A stretch of 64,000 nt of DNA from Tubiluchus corallicola. Lineage: Eukaryota; Animalia; Priapulida. Positions 41,486 to 64,000 of this stretch are shown here, piece after piece. The notes under the pieces were generated by a model that saw nothing but the letters and a program-made list of their open reading frames with translations, was not told where the DNA came from and did not search any database. Location: NCBI GenBank assembly GCA_030141605.1, contig JAQGDQ010000594.1:68976-132975 (forward strand). Reading direction: 5' to 3'. Made by a program: the position numbers and the translations under genes. Position 1 is the stretch's first letter. Every line of letters starts with the position of its first letter.

Positions 41486-43039
41486 GTTAAATGGTCTGTG
41501 TCACCTAACAAGCACGAGTGAGTTGTCTTAATTCACAAAAGATGAGTGAAACTGCAGAAAACTGTTGGAAAATATTGGGAAGAAGCTCTGTCTAAGTCAG
41601 CATTCAGTGTTTTATGCGAAGATGCTTGTTCTTTAATCTATGCATTTGAAACTTTATAATAATCACAAGTTATTAAAAAATATTTTTGCGAAAAGAAGCG
41701 AAAAGAAATTCGGCATTTTAGAATAACGCTACTTGCTACAGTCAGCTGAATATTCTTGAAAAAGAACTAAATATCACTGAAAAGGTTTAATTAATGCAGT
41801 TTTTCGCATTGAAATCTGGCTCTTGTTGTAGGTGCACTCAGCTGATTTTAAAATATTTCAAGATTTTAGCTGTTATTTGGCGAATTAAGCTTCTGATTTC
41901 AAGTCGCTTACATCAAAATTCGGTTTTTGGTTGTCGAGCCCGGTAAATTTCACTCTAACTATTATAGCTGCTGTCATCTGCGTTTGAAACACTTCAAGAT
42001 TTCATCTGCTAATTGTTGAACTAGGCAACCGTTTTCAAGTCATTTGCACAAAAATAGCTCTTGGAGTCCTTACCAGTCTTGAACGAATCAAGTTTTCACC
42101 GCCGACTGTGGCTGATTATCGTTTGAAATACTTCAAGACCTTTAGCTGATTTCGAAAGTTTTGTTCTATCAACCAGTCCGATCTTCTTGACACAATTGAG
42201 TTTTTTAAACGCTAAATGTGCCTAATTGTCGAACACGCAGCTAAAATATTTCAAGATGCTGACTACTAATTGCCGAAGTAAATTTCCCTTTTGGCTAAGC
42301 ACTTACACAAATTTCACCGCCGCGTTTTTTTCTATTCGATGCAAACATTTTCGTTGAGAAGTTAGCGCACGTGTTGAAATGATGAATGCACGCCGCTTCG
42401 TTACACTCCGCTCGCGGGTCAGGGATAATACGCAAATACGCGTGCCCGAATGACAGTCCGTCTGGCTTCAGTTAGTGGTTTCTCGGCGTATTTGCGCAAC
42501 TGCGGGACAAATCCAATGACAAGAGTTAGAGGAATCTCTGCTACTGGTGCCTCGCGTTAAACGATCTCCACTCGTGCATGATGTCATCGGTTTCGTTACT
42601 TCATTAAGTGAGAGCTAGGCATGCCGGGATACATGACAGGATCTTGTCTATGCAAGTTGTTTATGTAATGAAACACTAATGAATTACCGAGCAAACAGAA
42701 TAGATGTTGTTGCTGCCAGTATGCTGGTTGAGAACTGAATGCAGCTGTAACTGTTCTCTTGTTTTTCTGTGTTTTGTTTACGCGGTTTCATTCTGTTCAG
42801 CCGTCACATTTGCAAGCAGGCAAACAGACGGATCCCAAAATATGAAAGTATTAATGAGAAGATTAAAGAAAACATAGAAGAAAGTAAAAAGAAACAGAAG
42901 GAAAGATAAATAGAACGAAGAAAGAACAGAAAGAAGAAAGGATGGGAGAAAGGAAGGACGGAAAGAAAGAATGAATGAATGAAGGCAAAAAGGGCGCAAA
43001 AGGGCGAACAAAATATAAAAACCAACAACAATGAAGAAA

Positions 43040-43345
43040 GCAAGCAAGCAAACAACCAACCAACCAACCAACCAGCCAGTCAGTCAGCCAGCCAGCCGCC
43101 AACCCACCAACCAGCCAACCAACAGCCAGCCAGCCACCAACCAACTAGCCAGTCAACCGCCAGCCAGCCAACCACAGAACCAACCAGCCAGCCAGCCATT
43201 ACCGACCAACCGACCAACCAACCAACACCAGCCAACCAACCAGCCAACCAACGGCCAGCTAGCCAGCCAACCGACCAGCCAGCCAGCCAACCAGCCAACC
43301 CACCATCAGCCAGCCGGCCAGTCATTAACCGACCAACCCACCAAC
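43040..43345. repeat. Degenerate (CCAA/CCAG)n tetranucleotide repeat
   Basis: Directly visible. Confidence 0.9.
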
Positions 43346-45189
43346 CTCTACTACTCACCCAATTAACCGAACAATCGTTGTCTTCACGTCACCACGATCA
43401 GAAGTAAATCGTAAATTTCTCTCGGCACGAAAACTGCTCAAAATGGCTGTCAGCGTAGTTAAAATAATTAGAGATTTGGTCATTAGGGAGTCGCTTGTCT
43501 TTAGATTTAACGTGACAAATGTCGTTTGCGTGAGGTGAAATGACAATTAAAATCGAATTTAGATCGTCATCTTCGTATCAGCCTGGATACAGCGCGTGTC
43601 AATTTGCAAATGCTTATCAGAGAAGACCAGCAGAATTATGATGTAGCTGATGCTGATGAGGAGGCTGCGAAAGGGCGTGGCCTCAACTTGGTTTCTTTCC
43701 AATAGTCACAAATATTTTGCTGGTCTATGAGAAAGTCCTTTCTTGTTTTGTTTTGATTGGTCGCCTTGGTCATTGTTTTTCTTGTTGTTGTTCGATTGGC
43801 TGGTTTATTATTTTGTTAGTTGTTTGTTTGTTTGTTGTTTGTTTGTTTGTTGTTTGCTTGTTTGGCTTGTTTGTTTTTTATTTGCTTTCATGTTCAACAG
43901 CAGTTAACGCCATATTTGCATTACACTATAAAGAAACGAAAGAACTCGTTGATTTAGTACACATCTGTGAACTATTTCCATGTGAAAGAAGAAAAAAAAG
44001 ATGATGAATAAGAACAAATAAGCACAAAAATCACTAAAATACCATTTTTATTGGCAGTTTTCAAGTTTGGAAAAGACTACGTGGGGAAAAAGCACTACAA
44101 AATGTCGGGAAACAGGGAACAAAGCAAGCAAGCAAGTAAGCAAGTAGGCAACAAATCAACCAACAAGCCAGCCAACCAAGCAACCAACTACCAACAAACC
44201 GGCCAAGCTGAGGAAAAAAAGCACTGCAAAGTGTCATTCAGAGTGATTCTGCCTGTATACCTCTTGGGGGGTAGGTGTGTTACGCAGGTGTATTTACGTT
44301 ACAGGCTGGCCGAAACACAGCTGCTGGTTCAGTAGCTCGTATTAGGAAGGTATCCTAGATAACGTGCTAAATACATGTCACAAACATGGACGTTAGTCAA
44401 GTCAAAACTTAGGCTTGCGTTATGCGTTTTGCCTGTTGTAACGCATTGTCCTTTTATTTCTTTAGTGTGAATTTTTAATTAAAGGAGAAGAAAACCGAAT
44501 TTTAAAATATATATTGCTCCCAAATGTATCCCAAAAATATATTTCTACATTGCTTACCATTGCGATTATCAGTTTGAAAGACTTACGGAATAGGAAAAGA
44601 AAATTTTTTAGTTTAAAATATTATTTAAAGACAGTTTAAAATCTTCGCCTAAAACGTCACTGTTTCACATCCTAATGTGGCTCACTGGTTAAGATTAAAC
44701 GCATTATTAACCTTCCTGACGATGAAAAGTAATTTAAACTTTTCCTTAGTTAGTGAAGCGTTACAGAATGTTATGTAAACGTGTTTCAAACGACTTACCG
44801 TGAAAATGCTTGTAAATAACGGCCATATTTGCAGGTTTTATATAGCGTTTGTGCTAACGCAAGCTCTGCACACAATAAGACATTATTAATTAATTATTAA
44901 AAATCTTTATTAAAAATGATACAATAAGCCCTCTATTTGCAGGGCACATAAGTACAAAAATGTTAAATAAATCTTTACATTATGTACATTAAATAAATTT
45001 TTACTTTAAATTCTTCACAATAAGACAGTCATTCGAAATTTCGAGATGAATTTTTAAAAGAAAGAACAAGTCACTCAGTATGTTGGGCTTATGTTACTGT
45101 TATCACTTAAACATAGAGGAATAAACCAAAAAATTTGTAAGGAAGTGCCTATAAAGCACACATTTAAAATTTGCTATATACTACATTTG

Positions 45190-45525
45190 AATAGAATTTT
45201 CAGGTGTGGTGGTCGCCGCCGCCATTCACTTGAAAGTCATGACATATCTGGGAGACTTCGTGACTTTTGTGCGTCATGACTTACCGTAAGCGCCGCGCTG
45301 CTTAAACCAATTCAAACTTTTGCAGTTTACCTAACGTTCACTCAAAATTGGAAGGAGAATGGGCGTTGAAAATGGGATCGTCCATGCATGAAGTGATCGC
45401 GACTTTAAAGTGATTTCACTAGTTACACGAGGCGCTTATTGCAGTTTTATTGCAAAATCCCTCTAACACTTGTCGCGAACAATGAAGTAAGCCTAATCCC
45501 CTAGAAGGCTTGGCCTTTCGTTTAA
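45190..45525 (+). mobile_element. Family D copy
   Basis: Homologous to 14215-14828. Confidence 0.65.
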
Positions 45526-46184
45526 ACATTATTTATTTAAGAGTGTTTTCTTGTCCTTTAAACAAACCTTGATTTTTCTTCTTTTCGTTTACTGCTGAGT
45601 GAGTACGGAGAACGACACTCAGCTTATTGTCACTGATGTTTACCAGGCTCAACCGATCGATACCGTCTGTGTTAATCCATAAAAACGTCGTTAACTAAAG
45701 CGATTAAAGAATCTTGTTTCTTATACTTGCAATGGGGGAACACTAGTCGCAACTTTTGACGAAACGGCTCTCTACTAAAGCAGTACGAACATTTAAGTCA
45801 GTTAGTCAGTCACTTAGTCAGTTAAGTCAGTCACTCAACCAGTCAGTTAGTCAGACTCCAACTGATTAAACTAAAAAATAATATAATAATTAGCACATTG
45901 GAAAATTAGTTTAAATATATGGGCTGACTAAGCCAATCAGTTAGTCACTTAGTCAGTCTAGTCAGTCACTCTATCGTTCAGTTGGTCAGACTTCAGCTGG
46001 TTAAACTAAGAAACAATAAACTCACTAACAGATTGGAAAACTAGTTTAAAGATACCTTCAGGTTCAATGAACAATCATGTTTAGATATCATGTAAATATT
46101 ACAGAACTGCAAGGGAGATGGCAGCGAGGAACTTTTTATTAAAGGGTGCTTTGGGTACGCGTAGTCGCATTGTACAGAATTTGC

Positions 46185-47180
46185 CAAAGATTCTTCAAGA
46201 CCAATAAATAAGTAGGAAGATTTCCAAAGATAATGGGGCCAATGATATCAAAAAAGTTATAGGCTCAAAACTTCTAAAGGTAACAGAAGTAAAAACTTCC
46301 AAGCTAATTGGCCAAAGATTACCACAAAATAATAGACCGAAAACTTTCAAAGGTCCCAAAAGCCCCAAATTTTAAAATTTTTCCAAAGGAACAGGTGCAA
46401 GGACAGTAGGTTCTAGATATAGTAGGCTCAAAGACGAGTAGTAGGCCTAAAGATTTTCTATCCTGTAATTGGCACAAAAGATTTTCCATTGTAACACCTC
46501 AAGGTTTTTATAATTTATATGCCTAAAGATTTCCAAAAAATATCAGACCGAAAGATTTTCAAAAAATATTGAGCGCAATGATTTCCAAAAAGTATTAAGC
46601 CTAAAGATTTTCAAAAAAAATAGGCCTAAAGATTCTTAAAAAAATTAGGCCTAAAGATTTTAAAAAAACATTAGGCCTAAAGATTCTCAAAAAATATTAG
46701 GCCGACAAATTTTCAAAAAATATTAGACCGAAAGATTTCCAAAAAATTAGGCCTAAAGATTCTCAAAAAATATTAGGGCGAAAGATTTTCAAAAAAAATT
46801 AGGCCTAAAGATTCTCAAAAAAAATCAGGCCTAAAGATTTTCAAAAAACAATAGGCGCAAAGCTTTTCAAAGATAATAGACCCAAAAGCTTTCAAAGGAG
46901 ATAGATCCAAAATACATTTCAGAGGAACAGAGCCAAAGACTGCAATGGTAATAATGGTAATGGCATAAACCCAGGGATTTCCATGTTTTCTAATGTGCAA
47001 TTAGACCAAAAGATTTTCCAGTGTAATAGGCTCATGGTTTTCTAAGCTATAGTCACACATGTTTCGAAAAAATAACAGGTCTAAAGATTTCCAAAGACAA
47101 TAGGCCAAAAGCCCATTTGGGTAGTAGGCCCAAAAATTGCTACAGGTCATTGGCCCAAAAATGGTTTCTAGAGACTTTAG
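46185..47180. repeat. Degenerate about 27-30-bp minisatellite upstream of the gliomedin-like gene
   Basis: TAGGCCTAAAGATT(T/C)TCAAAAAAAT recurs; best conserved at 46520-46860. Confidence 0.8.
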
Positions 47181-47642
47181 GACTACCAAATGTTTTTCCC
47201 AAACCTTTTCGACAAAACTTGCTACCAGATTCTCACGGAATTACCAATATCAAATTCGTTTTTTACCAACTCGCTGCAGCACACATGTGTGGAAGAAGAG
47301 ATGAAGAAATCTTTGCCTCAATATTTACTTAACCCGGGATAAACGCCGCATTTACGATAGAGCATAAACGTCTTATTAGACATATGTACACATACGTCGA
47401 TACAGACTAACCCTTGTAAAGTGAAGGCGCAAATGTAAAGACATAAGAAGATCTTCAAGGAACGAAAATACCCTTCAAAAACTTTAATAACTCAACAGCT
47501 CTGTGTTTAAAGCATAAATGTCTGGGACACGTGGAATATTTTTGGGTATGGCGTTGGTTGAATGTTTTTCTTAACCCAAACGCGACCTTCCCAGAGTTAA
47601 AACGGCACAAACTTTGCAAGGCGGTTAGCAGCGGATGTCTCT

Positions 47643-47649
47643 TATAAAA
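47643..47649 (+). promoter_or_regulatory. Candidate TATA box of the gliomedin-like gene
   Basis: TATAAAA starting 72 nt upstream of the ATG, with Inr-like TCAATC at 47679-47684. Position only, no transcript evidence. Confidence 0.35.
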
Positions 47650-47714
47650 TTCGGCGGCTTATTATTGTGTATGATAATTCAATCCCACTTCATCTTTAAT
47701 CATTTTGGTAGAAA

Positions 47715-61763
<14,049 letters not shown>

Positions 61764-61948
61764 ATACAGGTATAAAGAAAAAAATTGAATAAGAACTGCA
61801 GAGGAATAGACCCGATAATGTTATTATTGTGTCGTTTTGAAAATACTTTTCTACTTTTAAAAAAATAATTAATAACAGAAGCCAATAATTGTCCATTTCT
61901 GTGTTTTTAAAAACAAATTTAATTTACTGATTGTAATCATTTTATATA

Positions 61949-61954
61949 AATAAA
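61949..61954 (+). terminator. Candidate polyadenylation signal of the gliomedin-like gene
   Basis: First AATAAA after the stop codon (about 185 nt downstream), just before a repeat element. Confidence 0.4.
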
Positions 61955-62002
61955 TTTATATGATACGATACTATACTGTTTGACAGTGTAACGTGCCGAT
62001 AG

Positions 62003-64000
62003 TTATTTGGTTAAAAACAAAATAACTACTGCCACTATTGTAACGTTTTGTAACCGCTATTGCATTGCTAATTTTTATATAGTGATCAGCAAAAAATACT
62101 ACATGTATTTTCACGGATTCGTCTGCTGTTTTTAAGGCTGTTTAGTTGAAAACAAAACAACATTAAACATAAATTTTAAAGCTGTAATTATTACAAAAGA
62201 AGAGTACAACAACAAGTCAACAATAAGAGCTCAAAATTACTACTAGTGGCTCGCTGTGAAAACCCCCAAGGAAAGAAGAGGATAGGAAAATGAATGCGCA
62301 TTACTTATCTGAATGTTCATGGCGATGTTGTGCACAACTTGACGATCGTCCCACAATGACAACGCTGACGCCGGCAACATGACAATCCTCCATGAGCCAT
62401 AACAATGCAGATGACGGCAGCTAATCAACAGCTTCCAGCAACCCTCTTGTAGTCTACAACACCAACGTACCAACAGCTGACTGGAATGGAATAACATCAC
62501 ACTTTTGTGGCTTGACCAGCTCTTCAAACCATGTAACAGCAGCGAAACTGAGTAAGACAGGCTATGCAACAGGAACACTGTCCTTTTGGCCAAAACAACG
62601 CTTAGCTCAGCTCTCCATGGTAAAGCTCTCCACAGATCGTGTACCAGCCTTTCCAGACAAATACGTTAACTACAGGTATGCTGGAACATGCCCACTGGTC
62701 ACACCAACAACGAACGTCTGTACCAGTGAAAAGTATCAACTCAGCTGTTCAGAACAGGTATTGCTTTTTCTGCATAAGCAAACGAAGCACTCCAACAAGT
62801 AAGTACAAACCATTTTAAGTGACAGGGGTGAGGAGATGATGAAATGAAAGAACACATACAGCAGTGCAAGCCAAGCAAGCCATTTACTAACAAAATTAGC
62901 AACATGCACCTCACAACAGTATACGGTACTTTAAGCTTTAATAAGTAGTTCATGAGGTCTTTAAAGAGTACAATGACTTGAACTATACGGTCATTTCTGC
63001 AGTTGCAGTGAGGCTTGCTCGTGCTACTGTAGTGAGGCTTGCTCGTGCTACTGTAATGAGGCTTGCTCGTGTTACTGTAATGAGGCTTGCTCGTGCTACT
63101 GTAATGAGGCTTGCTCGTGTTACTGTAATGAGGCTTGCTCGTGCTACTGTAGTGAGGCTTGCTCGTGCTACTGTAGTGAGGCTTGCTTGTGCTACTGTAG
63201 TGAGGCTTGCTCGTGTTACTGTAATGAGGCTTGCTCGTGCTACTGCAATGAGGCTTGCTCGTGCTACTGTAATGAGGCTTGCTCGTGCTACTGTAGTGAG
63301 GCTTGCTCGTGCTACTGCAGTGAGGCTTGCTCGTGTTACTGTAATGAGGCTTGCTCGTGCTACTGTAATGAGGCTTGCTCGTGCTACTGTAATGAGGCTT
63401 GCTCGTGTTACTGTAATGAGGCTTGCTCGTGCTACTGTAATGAGGCTTGCTTGTGCTACTGTAATGAGGCTTGCTCGTGCTACTGTAATGAGGCTTGCTC
63501 GTGCTACTGTAATGAGGCTTGCTCGTGCTACTGTAATGAGGCTTGCTCGTGTTACTGTAATGAGGCTTGCTCGTGTTACTGTAATGAGGCTTGCTCGTGC
63601 TACTGTAATGAGGCTTGTCGTGTTCCCGGCGTCAGCGTTGTCATAGTGGGAGGATCGTCAAGTTGTGCACAACATCGTCATGAACATTTAGATAAGTTAT
63701 GCGCATTCATTTTCCTATCCTCATCTTTCCTTGGGGGTTTTCACAGCAAGCCACTAATAGTACTTTTTGAGCTCTTATTGTTGACTTGTTGTTGTACTCT
63801 TCTTTTGTAATAATTATAGCTTTAAAATTTATGTTTCATCTTGTTTTGTTTTTAACTAAACAGCCTTAAAAAAACAGCAGACGAACCCGTGAAAATACAT
63901 GTAGTATATTTTCCTGATCATTATATAAATATTAGGAATGTAATAGCGGTTACAAAACGTTACAATAGTGGCAGTAGTTATTTTGATTTAAACCAAATAA
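62003..64000. mobile_element. Long inverted-repeat (foldback/MULE-like) structure, arms at least 390 bp, right arm runs off the window
   Basis: 62003-62391 is the reverse complement of 63610-64000 with scattered mismatches. Confidence 0.8.
63004..63617. repeat. 24-bp minisatellite, about 25 copies
   Basis: Unit GAGGCTTGCTCGTG(C/T)TACTGTA(A/G)T. Confidence 0.95.

Noticed and set aside
62978-63810. VMRLARAT and CYCNEACS repeat ORFs (metallothionein-like appearance)
   Set aside because: Translations of the 24-bp minisatellite inside an inverted-repeat element; no independent gene evidence.

Overview
AT-rich, intron- and microsatellite-rich genomic DNA from an invertebrate animal. The receptor sequence suggests a protostome, probably an arthropod (inference). 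Three spliced protein-coding genes can be reconstructed by hand with GT-AG sites and consistent phases. (1) The 3' half of a kexin/furin-family proprotein convertase on + (exons 822-922, 2917-3141, 4859-5624); it has an RRGSL P-domain motif, no transmembrane segment and a C-terminal SNEL that fits the ER-retrieval pattern. (2) A complete GnRH-superfamily (AKH/ACP-type) GPCR on - (41037-40501, 15820-15610, 11684-11032; 466 aa; 24.7-kb intron 1). (3) A complete gliomedin/colmedin-like type II transmembrane collagen-olfactomedin protein on + (11 exons, 47715-61763; 543 aa). The remainder is non-autonomous DNA transposons (piggyBac-, Kolobok-, pogo/Tc2-, ISL2EU- and Harbinger-like), a tRNA-derived SINE family, LINE 3' fragments, a probable solo LTR, minisatellites and microsatellites, and a long inverted repeat running off the right edge. 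Most ORFs in the supplied track are low-complexity artefacts. I see no CRISPR array, rRNA or intact tRNA, and I cannot demonstrate a wholly new system. The best leads are the possibly ER-retained soluble convertase, the convertase-receptor-gliomedin neighbourhood, and several repeat-driven splicing features. All alignments and identities were judged by eye.
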